Origin: Cladosporium halotolerans
Taxonomy: Eukaryota
Direction: 5' to 3'
Length of the DNA: 64,000 bases
Assembly: GCF_011745625.1 (NCBI RefSeq)
Contig: NW_027191466.1
Location: 1 to 64,000 of the forward strand
Below, in pieces: positions 13,435 to 25,670 of this stretch (position 1 is its first letter; every line of letters begins with the position of its first letter). A program made the translations under genes and the position numbers. The notes under the pieces were generated by a model. It had not been told where the DNA came from. It searched no databases and saw only the letters and a list, made by a program, of their open reading frames with translations.

Positions 13435-14234
13435 CGTCGCGGCCGTTTGTGTGTGAGTGTATTAGGAAATGAGAAATGGAAGGACGAGTAGCGCTGGGAT
13501 GCTGAACGGGCTGCGAGATGGGAAATGCAGTCAATCCGATTGCGGCGCTCCCTTTCGAAAGTCGGCTTCGAACATTTTGGCTCTACCGCGGGATTCGTCG
13601 GGGTTGCGCTTTGCCGACCGCCGCGGAAGCTTCCAGAGCCAATGAGCACTTTCACGTTACCTAGATTGCGCTCTGCCGACGGTGACACTATTCCTTATAG
13701 CTGGAAATCATAGTCCGACTCTGCATCTGTTAGGAAGCTTATGACCAGGTTCTACAACATTACTTGTCTTGTCGATGTGTCTCAGGGGATTGACTTTGTC
13801 GCTATCGTTTAGCGAAGCCCCATTCCAAGCGCAAGAGAACCTGGAATCCTCAAAGACACGGACGAACGGCCACCTACTGCTTACCTCTCTCGTAACATGA
13901 AACACAACTCACACCACAAACTTGATCACCGGGAGAGTCCGAGTTGCTCTTCATTAAGACAAGAGAGAGAAAAAATCCACATTCAAAGGGTATCTAGAAT
14001 GTCCGGAAATGTCGTCTGTCAAAAATGCCCAAACGCCGTAACCACTAACGCCAAATTTCCTGCCCTGGTGAGTGGGCTCGCCAGATTCCAACGCCTGGTG
14101 CCCAACGTCTTTGTCGATTTTTTGCTGTATGTCCAAAATGCTGTACTTTATCGTAAGGTATGCAGCAGATCTTCGTTGTCTCGTGTCGTATCCAGATTAT
14201 GCAAGGCAGCAGAAGTACCCGTGACGCAGCAACC

Positions 14235-14880
14235 TCATGTCTTCTTGGTGACGTTGGGCGCTGATCGCATGCGGAAGGCTTTATCTGGGAAGATGTCAGC
14301 AATGAATCGGATTTGCACGTATGACCACGTCTGGCTCACCTTTGTTCCTGCTTTTGTACACCAACTGCACTACCACGTCGATCTCGTTCACTGCAGCGCC
14401 ATTGAAGTGCTTGCGAACGTTGGTCGCCAGCTGCTCCTTCGACACTCGCCTCTTCTCTTTGCGTCGAGCCATCGTCGGTGATTGCCGCCCAATGCCCGGG
14501 TTTGTTAGCAGCGCTTGCCGCAGAGGTGACGTGAAAGCTGCGGGTGTGGAGAGGTGGTGAGAGACTCGGTATGTGTTGAGTAGCGACAGCGGTGCAGTAT
14601 TCCACGAGACCTGTGCCTTTTCATCAGCCCTTGCACCTCATGCGGCCACGACTGAAAGCATCTTTTGACTCACGCCAGGTGCTTGCGCCGAGTCCGCGGT
14701 TTCAGCGCTAATGGCTGCCAACTCTTTCAATGCGCTCCCATTCTCTTTAGCTTGTGCTGCCGCTGCTGCGGCATTCTGTTTGCTTTTCCGGGCATGCGCC
14801 GCCGCGGCTATCTGTCGTTCTCGCACGGTAGATGCGTCAGACCGCGAGTCCTCTGCGACGGTCTTCTTCGCTGGAGGCAT
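14235..14880 (-). CDS. SAP30: Sin3-associated SAP30-like protein (Sin3-binding domain), 3 exons
   Basis: Exon 1 MPPAKKTVAEDSRSDAS. Exon 2 ...LLNTYRVSHHLSTP...SKEQLATNVRKHFNGAAVNEIDVVVQLVYK. Exon 3 DKAFRMR...KKT*. Confidence 0.85.
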
Positions 14881-15318
14881 GGCGGAAGTGGAGGAGGGTG
14901 TGTCGATTGGACACTGGTGGCTTCTGATTGGCTTCGCTCAAACAAAGAATCGTCCTAGAAGCATGTCGGGAGAGTGCGAGGAGTGGTCGAGGGCATGCAA
15001 TTGCCGATCAATGCAGATGTGTAGTAGCGAGCGGTCTGAGCCGCGGCACAGGTTGAGATTAAGCACGGCACGCGCGCAGTTTGGCTGCCACCGCGCGCGC
15101 CCTCAAATTTCTGTGACGTCGTTCCCAGGGTGCCAGTGCCAGGGCTCGCGCTCGCGCAGTTATTGGCTTCATGTGCGGCACGGCGCCTACCGCACAGCCG
15201 GGGAAGGAGCCGCCATCCCGCAAACCTTGTCTGTAGATAATTACCTGAGGCGAACAGTGTGAGCTGATTGCACCAGGTATCCTAAGCGTCAATAACTTGC
15301 TGTTGCAGACGCCACGCC

Positions 15319-16958
15319 ATGCCTCATTTCCTGACGGTCTTGCTCGTCAAGACCATCGCCAAGGCATACGGTGGTCTTGCGCTCGTAGCTTCGGTGGCAT
15401 ACGGTCTTACACGGAGAGAGACTTGGTATCAACCATCCGCGAAGGAGAAGCAGGAATTCCAGCAAGGTAGATATCTTGCAAAACCTCGCCGAGCGCCTAA
15501 TCTGTCGTAGTCCTGACTGTGGTAGCATGTCACGACCTTTGGTCGCTGGAAGCCGCCCATGATGGCCTGTCTCACAACTTCGTCAAGCTAGAGAACGGGC
15601 TGCAGCTCCATTACATCGCTGCTTATCTCGCGTCAAAATCGTGTGACACGCTTGTGATCTTTCTGCATGGATTTCCCGACACTTGTCACCTTTGGGAGCA
15701 TCAGCTTCGGTCCAGCTATTCTCCCACCGCGCAATTGGTTGCTTTGGATCTGCCCGGGTGCGGTGGCAGCGACAGCCTTTCGCGTTATGGTCCGGATGAG
15801 ATGCTGAACGCTGTGGCTGAGATGATCGTGAAACTGAAGCATCGTTACATCAGTGGGGTTTCGGCTCAAGGTGCAGAGAAAAGATGTATCCTCGTCTCAC
15901 ACGATTGGTAAGCGGCTCTTTAATTCTTGCTCTCTACTGTTTTTGCTGACGTGAAGTCTTGCGATTACAGGGGTGGAGTCATCGCCTATCGTCTTGCCGG
16001 CGAAACATCTGGCCTGTTCGATGAAGTTGTCGTTTTGAATTCGACATATGTATGATGCACACCGCCTTCTATTAGTTCAGGACTAACCCATGCGCAGCGT
16101 TTGGCAGCTCAAGAGCGGACAGCGTCGTTGCTGCTGAGTGGCCGAATCGCATGGCGCGCCGGCCGATTCAAAGACGCCCTCTCACAATTGCAGCCGATAT
16201 TTTCGCAGCTACTCAAGTCCAACTACGTGAGTTCCCGTCTGGAGACCAGGACTACGGCTTGCCTGACAATCTATCCTTGCAGATATTCATGCTGAACCTG
16301 CGCCTGCCCCTTGCCAAATTGTTTCCCTGGCTCGCCGCCGCACTGGTCAGAGTGTGCAACGAAAACGCTCTGCGAAAGTCAGTTACCCAATTCATGCAAT
16401 GGAACCCATTACTGAACGTGTACTAGCCCTTCTGTCACATCGTCGCCAAGCCTGGACAAAAACCTCGCGGCCTCTTACGGTCCCGGCTTATCAGAATGCA
16501 CATCGCGAACCCCAGAAGGCTGTTCTTACGGGCAGTCTGTGCGCCTCCGCGCAACGAAGCATCCCCAAGGCGATTGGGATGAACGCGTCAGGATCTACAG
16601 CGAAGGACTTGCGCTCGGCGAGTGGAAACCCATATACGCCGGGCACCACGAGCCTCTGTGGAAATCTGACCCAGAGATGCGGAAGGGACAGTTCAGCTGT
16701 CCTATGCATACCATTTTCGGGCTCGGAGATATCGCATTGGACAGGAGGATAGCTCTGGATGGGGTCGAGCTGTTTATGCCGAATGGAACGAACGGTGATC
16801 GCCAGCTTGGTGTCAAATTCGATCGGGAGGTGCAGCATACGTCGGTCGGCCAAGGCAGCGTTACGACTCTTCCTTTATGCGGTCATTGGTCGATGCTTGA
16901 TCGTGAGGGCGAGCGCGCTCTTGATGCACTGCTGGAGCGGTTAATGGACACGAGGTGA
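15319..16958 (+). CDS. Alpha/beta hydrolase, epoxide-hydrolase-like, multi-exon
   Basis: Motifs FLHGFPD, DLPGCGGS, SHDW|GG (Asp nucleophile split by an intron), IFGLGDIAL and CGHW. Several short introns, e.g. 16378-16426, restore one frame. Confidence 0.85.
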
Positions 16959-17110
16959 GGAGGCACGTATGGTGGTCTTTCGAGAGGAGGAAGGAAAAGT
17001 TGCAGCACGTAATGACGCGTGTATTGTGGTCTGTATTTGGTACATTTGACTGAAGATTTCATTTGCAAGGCCGAGCTCCAGGCCAAGGCTTCAGCAGAAG
17101 TGGAATTTGT

Positions 17111-17641
17111 CTAGTAGCCAAACTCCCAAATATCCTTTGCGTACCCTTCCGTGAGCTCTTTGTCTTCACCATATCTATCATAAACTGTCAGCATCGCCAC
17201 CTGTTTCCAATGAAGGAAAACCAGGCAAAAAGAAAAAGGGACAAGAACTTACACTTCCTGCCACTTCACAAACCCTCCCTCGAGCACATAAACCGTCTGC
17301 CCACCTTCCACGACCCCCTGGCCATCCCCGCTGCCCTCTGCCTTCCCACCCTCCAACCTCTCCTTCTCCCTCAGATATCTCAAAGCTGAGCTCGGGCCCC
17401 TCTGCTGGCTAAGTGCACAGTGGAAAACGACCGTATCCTTGTCCTTGAGGGTGCGGACGAGCTCAGGCATGCGGTAGTCGTGTGAGGCGACGGGGACATT
17501 GATGCCGTTGAGAATGTGACCGCCGATGTAGTCGCTGTCGCGCACGTCGATGACAGTGAGGCCAGGATGTTTTGCGCGGACGAGCTCGGCGAGTTTCTCG
17601 CGCGACATCCGTGGAAGGTTGGCGATGTTATAGGCGGACAT
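17111..17641 (-). CDS. Cdc25-like/rhodanese phosphatase or arsenate reductase (Ibp1/Ych1/Acr2 family), 2 exons
   Basis: IDVRDSDYIGGHI, active-site HCALSQQRGP (HCX5R) and VYVLEGGF. Last exon YGEDKELTEGYAKDIWEFGY*. Confidence 0.88.
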
Positions 17642-18015
17642 TTTGATGAGGGTTCTTTTTGCGGGGGCGTGTGTAATGTGCTGGCGATGGTGTACCCTAC
17701 GCGGGGTGAGAGTCGTTGCCGTAGAAAGCTTGCAAGGTCCTCTTATCATTGAGTGGCTTCTTATTTAAAGGAAATGAGCACGACACAAAAGTCAAGTTCT
17801 CGGGGCTGAAAGCAACCAATAGATGATGTGACGTCTTGTTGTGCTGAAGCCAACCAGTTTCACCCCGCTTGAAAGCAGAGGCGGTCTTGCAAAAATCCAT
17901 CCTTGAGCCGAAACATTGCATTTGACTTCTCCACATTAGGCATGAAACTAAAGGCTTGAGGGAAATCCAGAATTTTTTGCACGCCAATCAAATATTGAAG
18001 GGAGAACTGCTGAAG

Positions 18016-18930
18016 CTACAACTTCGCCGCTTTCCACTGCGGCTTCCTCTTCTCTACAAACGCCCGCAAACCCTCCTTGATATTGTCACCAGCAACCAGC
18101 CTGGGATACCAGTTCTCAATCAATAGCCTGCTACCCTCCTCAGCACCGACCCCTTCCCAGCCCATCTTGATGCCCTCCCTGCTCACAATGACAGCATCTG
18201 GGCTGTTCTCCGCGATCATCTTCGCATACTCCACCGCCGCCGCCACAACCTCGCCGTCCCCATCACCGACGACCTTATTGATTAGACCCCATTCGAAAGC
18301 CTCCTGCGCAGGAACCGTGCGGCCAGTAAGCGCCATCTCCATTGCCCGGGGGCGACCGATCGTGCGGACTATCCTGGGCAGAGCGCCTGCGACGGCGACG
18401 ACGCCGCGCTTAACTTCGGGCAGAGCAAAGGTGGCTTTCTTCGCGGCCACGACCATGTCGCAATTGACGATGATCTCAGTGCCACCGCCATAGGCCAAAC
18501 CGTTGACTGCCGCTATGATCGGCTTGCGGCCATTTCGTCGAGATAGGGCTCCGAAGCCAGATGGCGGCATTGGGCGGCTGCGATTCTCAGAGTTCATTGA
18601 ATTCCATTCTGTGAAATGGTCAGCCAGTGTCAGAATGTGGTCTGCATACCTGCTTTTTGTTTGTGCAATAGTGAACGCGCACGTCTCCATACCTTTGAGA
18701 TCAGCTCCAGCGCAGAACGCCCGCCCGGTGCCTGTGATGATTCCGGCATTGAGCGTAGGTTCAGCGTCCAGCCACGACCAGATCTGGTCGAGTTCAGTGT
18801 GCCCCTCCTGATTGATGCAGTTCAGGTCTTTAGGCCTGTTGAGCCGCACGAGCAAGACTCCGGGCGCGGGATACGACAGCACGCAGTACTTGCCCGAAGG
18901 CTCTGGCAGCTGGAAGTTGGGTTTGGACAT
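18016..18930 (-). CDS. Enoyl-CoA hydratase/isomerase (crotonase) family protein, peroxisomal
   Basis: AFCAGADLK, KPIIAAVNGLAYGGG, FALPEVKRG and C-terminal AKL (PTS1). 84-nt intron at 18692-18609. Confidence 0.92.
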   Translation of the reverse strand: MSKPNFQLPEPSGKYCVLSYPAPGVLLVRLNRPKDLNCINQEGHTELDQIWSWLDAEPTLNAGIITGTGRAFCAGADLKGMETCAFTIAQTKSRYADHILTLADHFTEWNSMNSENRSRPMPPSGFGALSRRNGRKPIIAAVNGLAYGGGTEIIVNCDMVVAAKKATFALPEVKRGVVAVAGALPRIVRTIGRPRAMEMALTGRTVPAQEAFEWGLINKVVGDGDGEVVAAAVEYAKMIAENSPDAVIVSREGIKMGWEGVGAEEGSRLLIENWYPRLVAGDNIKEGLRAFVEKRKPQWKAAKL

Positions 18931-19828
18931 ATTGATGGTGGCCCAACGGTTTGTAACAAGATGAGAAAGTCGCAATGCAATATCTGAACACCACCTGAGC
19001 TCAACAATAACAGCAGCTCATCTTACGTTGTTGCCCCGAGGCCACGCAGGAGCTGCGGGGAGCTCAGCGGGCGCGGAGCCGAGGTTCGAGGCGACAACGA
19101 CGCTTCATCCAGTCAACATCTTACCAGCTGTGTAAGGAAGTCTTCTTACAGGATAAGTAGCCAAGGCGAATGCGTGCCCGCGGAACCGTCCTCAAGAGGT
19201 TGTTTCAATGAGTCGACGTCGAAGGAGGTTTGATGGACGCCGGGATGGAATGCAGTCCGGACCGCGGCAGGGAGTGCAGCAGAAGGGGCTGCCTCTCACG
19301 CCATCGACTGTGAAGCTGCATTGGGCCGAACACCTTTGACGCCATCACACTGGGATGGAGAATAGCGGTAGCAATACTGCCTCGTACTCTTCTTTCACCC
19401 GCACGGTATCAGGAATGATGCGACATCCGGCCAATGGCCACACGCGCTACCCGCGGCATACAGCTTCTCTCCGCGAGGCAGATGCAGATGGCGTGCTTCA
19501 GCGCGAGGATTGCCAATGCTGCGATCGCCCACCAGCCTCGAAGCAGCCCTGGACCACGTCCACTAGCCGTCAACCCATCTGTCCAGCCAGCGTGATGGGA
19601 CGGAATATCGACAGGCACGACATCGTCCGTTGGCGGTAGCTCAAACGCTCTTTGCCAGTCGATATAAGGCTGCTGCACCCATCATGCCCAACGTGCCGTG
19701 GCTTCCTGTATTTGCCAACAAAATGCCATAATTCAGCGTGGATCCATTACCTCCAATCGCTCCATACCCTCGTCCTTCGCTACAAGTGATTGTCGGCATT
19801 CCATCAGTGCCTGCAGAACCCTACTACG

Positions 19829-20680
19829 ATGTCCGACCCCAACCGCGTCCAGCAGCTCGAGGGCCTGCGCAACATCCCGACAGAGCACGACTTTTACGAA
19901 AAGCTCGCAGGGGGCCATGCAGCGCGCGCTAGCATCTCGCCCCAAGGATCGACTACCAGCACTTCCAATGTCCAATACATACCCGTGCCCATCACCATCA
20001 AGGCACAGCTCGGATCGCCCACAGCGCTCGCCATTGGCGCTTTCGCGACGACGTTGACGACCTTGTCTTTCGCTCTGATGGGCTGGCGAGGTATGTCCGT
20101 AACGAATGCTTTCATCGGCAATTTCTTCGGCGTTGCAGGTATCGGCATGGTGGTTTCGGCTCAATGGGAAATCGTTCTGGGTAACACCTACGCCTACACG
20201 GTGCTTAGCGCCTTCGGTCTTTTCTACTTTGGATTTGGAGTTATCGTAACGCCATTGTTTGGCGTAGCGGAATCTTACGGCGGGACTGATTCGGTCGAGT
20301 ACAATAATGCGCTTGGATTCTTCGTACTAAGTAAGAAACGCTGTTTCCGTGATTCTTCCCATTGGCTGTTGCTAATCATCTTCACAGTGTGGTCTGTATT
20401 CAACCTCTTCTTCCTAATCGGATCAGCGCCACTCAACCTTGTCTATTTCGGGATCTTCTTCACTGTACAACTTGCCTTCACTCTGGTCTCGGCGGCTTAC
20501 TTCCTCACCGCCGACGGGTTGATGGAAACGGCCAAAGCTGTGAATACGGCGGCAGGAGCTTTTGCTTTCGCCTCCGGCATGTTAGGATACTATACCGTCG
20601 CCAATCTGATGTGCCAGGAAGCCTTGGGTTTCAGCTTTCCCATGGGAGACACAAGCCGCTTCTTCAAGAAGAGGACCTGA
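19829..20680 (+). CDS. GPR1/FUN34/YaaH (Ato/SatP) family membrane transporter
   Basis: About six hydrophobic helices, LGSPTALAIGAFATTL and AQWEIVLGNTYAYTVLSAFGLFY. 57-nt intron at 20331-20387. Confidence 0.88.
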   Translation: MSDPNRVQQLEGLRNIPTEHDFYEKLAGGHAARASISPQGSTTSTSNVQYIPVPITIKAQLGSPTALAIGAFATTLTTLSFALMGWRGMSVTNAFIGNFFGVAGIGMVVSAQWEIVLGNTYAYTVLSAFGLFYFGFGVIVTPLFGVAESYGGTDSVEYNNALGFFVLSKKRCFRDSSHWLLLIIFTVWSVFNLFFLIGSAPLNLVYFGIFFTVQLAFTLVSAAYFLTADGLMETAKAVNTAAGAFAFASGMLGYYTVANLMCQEALGFSFPMGDTSRFFKKRT

Positions 20681-21247
20681 GGGAACATTGCTGACTAGTA
20701 TCGGTCCAACTGGCCTTGTGACGATGAAGTGCTCGTCAAAGCGGATCTAGGCTTGGTTTATCACGATCTTGCTCAAGCTGCTTTTTGTACATAAACGTCC
20801 ATACACAGCTCTAGATACTAGTGTGCGATGCTAGTCCTATATCAGATCCATGTTTGCCTTCGCTTGTACTAAGATTGAGCGGTTCGGTTGGCAGCGGTAT
20901 TTCAAAAGCCATCATAATCATAACGGTGATATATCTATTGTGTTCGGCTGTTAACGTCGCATGTGTTGTTAATGTTCACATGATCCTGCAACACATTCAC
21001 ATGCTGAGCCGGCGCTACTCGCCGCCACGTTTGTCACAATACCAGCGTCATTGTGGTAGTTGTTTGATATTCACATGATACTTGTTCAAGCGAGCGTTTA
21101 TAATATTTGTTCTCTTGAGCTCCTCTCTGTCCCGAACAACAACATCACCACCTTCCACAACGACCTATCTTCGTGTTTTGTTATACCACAATCTTCGTGC
21201 TGCGGACTCAGTACCTCCTATTTGGTTACTACTACGGCGGAAAGAAG

Positions 21248-23083
21248 ATGCCGCCTAACAAACCCTTACTCACGGCCACGCCGGCCCCAACGAACGCTCC
21301 GAGCACTAACACCCTACCATCATTCCCCAGCCCTAAATCCTCAGTTCCGCGAACCTCCTACTTGAACCCGTCCCTCCCCAGCTTCCAACCGAGCCAATCG
21401 AACAACAACTACACTACCCAGGTCGAGACCGATGCGACGTCCCTCACCGACTTAGCCAACAGTCTCGCAGCCGCCAACCTCGCGCACGACCGTACTGTCG
21501 CCGCCGTCCAGCAGCAAGCCGACAAGAACGCAAAAGATGTTGCCGACATGCAAGCTGTGCTCCGCAACGACTTTCAGACCGTTGGTTGCGGGCTTGAAGC
21601 GTTCGATGCGGACTTGAAAGAGCTCAAGGCGCAGAATGCCGTGTTGTTCCAAGAGAGACACCACATGATGAGCTTCCTGAAGGCTAGGGCTTTGGCTGAT
21701 GCGGAGGCGCAGGAGCTGTATGCTCGGCGTCTGAGAGAGAGCGTTGCGTGTTTTGGTGCGGAGCCTGCGAAGATGCTGGAGTTGACTGATGGACAGCATC
21801 TGGCACATGCGGAGGGTGGAAACGACGTCTCTGTTATTGCCATCGACGCTGCATCCAAGCCTGAGACTCTGGAATCGACTTCAGCGCCTGTCAAAGGCAA
21901 GACAGAGATCACTGAGCCTGATCATTTCGACAACAACGAGGCCTCAATCGATCACAATCGGGCTATCGTCGCCGAATGGCTGCCGCATGCCCTCACCTCG
22001 CTCAGACCTCTCTCCATCAAACCTCTCACCAACCCAACAACCTTCACATGGGAGTTCTTACACTTGCAGCTGGGCGGGGCGCAGTACTCTCCCGGCCTCT
22101 ATCTCACCTCACTGACGCCTCTCTTGCGCTCCGGCAAGAGGACCTACTGGCTTCTCGAATCGCACTTCGAGCCCTATGCTCCGAGGCAGCCAGGCGCGCA
22201 CGGCGCCAAATTGACCGCCTTCTTCAACGACACGCCGCCCACATCCGGCGAGCCGCTCGACGCAGACGACTACTCCGACGTGCCGCTCTTCATCTCCCTC
22301 GGTGAAGGGCAAGGATACCAGTACCTAGGCCAATACAGCCAGCCCCGCTACAGCGATGTCCTCTCGCACTCGGAGGTGTACGAGCGCGTCCCGTTGCATG
22401 TGAGGGAGTACTGGGCGGCGCAGCTCGCCGACCCGCAGCGCCCGGAGTGGGTGACCGAACAGCTGCGCGAGCACTTCTGGCCGAAACCGACGTACGCAGG
22501 CCCCATCCCGAGAGGTTCTGCGGCGACGACGCCGCTGGCTGAGGAGTGTGACGGCATGGACAAGGCGGTGGATGTTTGGCTGAAGGATTTTTGTGACTGG
22601 GAAAAGGACTCCCGGCTGAAGGTGAGTCTGCTGAGCGAGGGCGCGTTGATGGAGATGTGGGGAAAGAGCGATCTGGATTTGGAGAAAGGGCTGCGGCTGT
22701 GGTGGGAGTACCTGGAGTGTGTGGGGTTCGACGAGGGGCTGTATGGAGAGCTTGTCGAGCTGCAGCAGGGCGGTGGCGGCGAGAGCGCAAAGGCCTCATC
22801 TGGCGAGAAAAGAGTTGTCGTGTCTCAGGTCAAGTCGAAAGAGAAGGCCAAGGTTGTCAATGGCGGCCAACAGGCCGCGAGCTCACTCCCAGCAGCTCCC
22901 GACAATCTACCAATGACCCCAGTTGGCGTTGTCCGCCCCAGACGTCCGGCGGCAATCCGGGTTGCTGATTACAATGGAGCGGACATGAAGGCTGTTCGTG
23001 AGCTGCGCGACAGCGCGACCAAGGCAGGCGAGAAGAAGCGGCAGGGCAAGATTTTGCCGCCGCACATGCGTGGCAGGCAGTGA
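21248..23083 (+). CDS. Fungal conserved hypothetical protein (DUF6697-like domain with coiled coil)
   Basis: Long ORF with coding-like codon use. Motifs EPYAPRQPGAHGAKL, YQYLGQYSQPRYSD and LRLWWEYLECVGFD. Confidence 0.75.
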   Translation: MPPNKPLLTATPAPTNAPSTNTLPSFPSPKSSVPRTSYLNPSLPSFQPSQSNNNYTTQVETDATSLTDLANSLAAANLAHDRTVAAVQQQADKNAKDVADMQAVLRNDFQTVGCGLEAFDADLKELKAQNAVLFQERHHMMSFLKARALADAEAQELYARRLRESVACFGAEPAKMLELTDGQHLAHAEGGNDVSVIAIDAASKPETLESTSAPVKGKTEITEPDHFDNNEASIDHNRAIVAEWLPHALTSLRPLSIKPLTNPTTFTWEFLHLQLGGAQYSPGLYLTSLTPLLRSGKRTYWLLESHFEPYAPRQPGAHGAKLTAFFNDTPPTSGEPLDADDYSDVPLFISLGEGQGYQYLGQYSQPRYSDVLSHSEVYERVPLHVREYWAAQLADPQRPEWVTEQLREHFWPKPTYAGPIPRGSAATTPLAEECDGMDKAVDVWLKDFCDWEKDSRLKVSLLSEGALMEMWGKSDLDLEKGLRLWWEYLECVGFDEGLYGELVELQQGGGGESAKASSGEKRVVVSQVKSKEKAKVVNGGQQAASSLPAAPDNLPMTPVGVVRPRRPAAIRVADYNGADMKAVRELRDSATKAGEKKRQGKILPPHMRGRQ

Positions 23084-23493
23084 ATAACCGGTGCAAAAGC
23101 TCGTTGGTGAGGACGTGAAGCTGGAGGATATTTTGTTGAAGAGCTCAGCCGGACTTGTTAGTTTCGGTAACTTTGAATAGCTGCGGAATTGATGACGAGT
23201 TGCCCGAAGGCAATTTTTTTTTCTGGATCTGTAAACGAGTTTTGCGAAGGAGAGTTCCAACTTGACACACTGATGGGATATATCTGAACATATCAGCTTT
23301 GAGTAATAAGTGGTCTCGTACCTAAACATCTGTAGTGCGCTTAAACCCTCAAAAAACCCATAAAAGCGTAAGGTAGATTTGATATAACCAGAGCTTCGTC
23401 CTTGAAACGCCCTCGAACGCTCGCACAGAAATGCCCATCTGTACTTGTTTTACAACTCCACAATTACCCATGTAGTCTCAAAAATTAGTCCTC

Positions 23494-24397
23494 TCACAGG
23501 CGGATCCCGAGCCTTCTTGGGCCCATGTACAGCAGTCCACCAAAGCCAGTCATGCCCAGTCCAAGCCACCATAGCCTGTCGGCATTGATGTGCTGGACGA
23601 CTTGTTGCGTGCTCCCCTTCTCGAGCTCGACCTTCCAGCCCAGCGGGACCTCTGGGTCAAGACCGCGCTTTGAATTGCTCTTGCCGGTCGCGGAGGCGGA
23701 GGCGGTCGCCTGCATCGGGTTGAGAGTGCTGGTGGGCAGCATCTGGGGTGGGCTAAAGGCAAGATACATCGGGTTCACGGGCGAGCCGTCGAATTGATAA
23801 AGGTTGAGACGCGGGATGTTGTGGTAGGGGTCGGTGAGAACCTCGTATTTCTGCGTGAGAGGGTCAGCCTACATGTCCCGCTGACCGTAGAGGCACAGTA
23901 TAGGCTCCGGTATCCTCGAATCTTACCTGAAAGGTCTCGGTCTGGTTGTAGCGCGTGTATATGGCGTTCTTGCCGTCGCAAGGCTTACTGAGCAGCTGCC
24001 TGCCGTCGACTTTGAAGGGCTCGAGTGTCAGGGAGCCATCAGCGTTTTTCACAAATTTTCCGTGCTGCCACTGCATGATGCCGCCGGGGCAGTCGGGGCT
24101 AGTCGGGTTGGCAATGGCGCGGTAGTAGGCGGACTCATAGTAGCCGTCGTCAGTGAAGGAGTAGGAGATGCCGGTGCGGGAGGGCTCGATGAGTTCGTCG
24201 TTCAGAGGGTCGAAGAAGCCCTGCGAGGCTCGTCAGCAGGGTGTAGGCATTAGTATGGCGCGGCGCATTGATCATACAGGGCCCGTGAGAGTCTTGTTGG
24301 ACTTGGTGCTCCACGTCCCCACGAGGTCGCTTGGCCAGGTCCCTTGGGCGGTCGCGAAGGCGGCCAGGCCAGCCAAGCCGGCGATGGAATACTTCAT
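23494..24397 (-). CDS. ROT1: ER chaperone Rot1, 3 exons
   Basis: Signal peptide, LVGTWSTKSNKTLTGP|GFFDP, GISYSFTDDGYYE, MQWQHG, VDGRQLLSKPC, MNPMYLAFSPPQMLPT, C-terminal TM. Confidence 0.93.
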
Positions 24398-24900
24398 GAT
24401 GGTCGTGAGTGTCGCTGAGGACGTGAGATCGTGGTACGGCGTGTGCGGGAGGGTCGTGGTCTGCGGTGATGTGGAGGGAGCGAGGCGAGGCGTTGGGCAT
24501 GGGAGGCGGCGCAGATGGCGCGGCGGGATTGCTTGGGGCTTGGACTGGCTGGCGTCGTCGCAAGCCGCTCGTCGTCGCCAAACATAGCCACGCTAAGCCC
24601 TACCCGCCGCCTCGCCCATTCTCTCTCCACACGCTTGTGCGCCGTCCGTCCGACTCATGTCCATGGTGGGGACTGCATTGCCTGCATGGATCAAGATTTG
24701 CCTACTTTGCGCTACGTTCCTACGACATCCAAGAGCTCGGGAGAACTAAGCGGAATGGCGCCTTGAACATTTGCTGAACTGCCCCAATGTCTTCGCGCGC
24801 CCAGCATATCTCACGAATCTCTTTCCCATCATTATTCTCTAATCACATCCCACCTACAGGCCACGACAAGATCCTTGTGTCCTCTAGCCAATTGCGCGCC

Positions 24901-25670
24901 ATGTCTGCCGAAGCCCAAGCTGCAAAGAAAGCCCTCCGCAAAGACATCAAAGCCCGCCTCTCGTCCCTAGACCCGTCCGAGATCGCCACCCAGTCGCAAC
25001 AAGCCCAAAATGTCATCCTCAACCTCGACGCCTATAAGCGCGCTCGCTCGCTTAGCATCTACCTCTCGATGCCTGCAGCCGAAGCTCAGACAGACGTACT
25101 GGTAATGGACGCGCTGAGCGAGGGCAAGAAAGTCTTCGTGCCTTTCCTGTACACGCCCGCAGGCTCCTCGACGACAAGCGGGAAGAAGCGGAAGGTGATG
25201 GACCTGCTGCGCTTGCGATCCGTGGAGGAGTACGAGGGTTTGGAGAGGGATGCATGGGGAATTCCTAGCCTGGGTCTTGAGGGAGTTGACGAGAGAGAGA
25301 ATGCTATGGGCGGGAAAGGATTGACGCTTGCGAACGATTTCGACCCCGAATCTGGGAGAAAAGATGGTAATTTGGATCTAGTAGTGGTCCCTGCCGTCGC
25401 ATTCGATGCGCAGATGAATCGACTCGGTCACGGCGCTGGTTTCTATGACGCTTTTTTCACACGCTTTTGCCAGAATGGCAAGCGGCCTAAGCCATATCTC
25501 GGTAAGCTTCGTTCAGGAATGCGAACGAAAGCTGCGACCAAAGCTAACTTGATCTAGTCGGTCTATGCCTAGCTGAGCAGATACTCGGTCAAGAGCACGA
25601 GCTGCCTACCGCCGATTGGGATTGGAGAGTGGACGCCGTCGCAGCCGGCCATGGCAAATTGCTGACTTGA
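24901..25670 (+). CDS. FAU1: 5-formyltetrahydrofolate cyclo-ligase, 2 exons
   Basis: AKKALRKDIK, IYLSMP, WGIP and LDLVVVPAVAFD...RLGHGAGFYD. Intron 25502-25557, last exon GLCLAEQ...DWRVDAV. Confidence 0.92.

Noticed and set aside
16378..16540. Apparent stop or frameshift in the alpha/beta hydrolase
   Set aside because: An intron GTCAGT..TAG (16378-16426) restores the frame.
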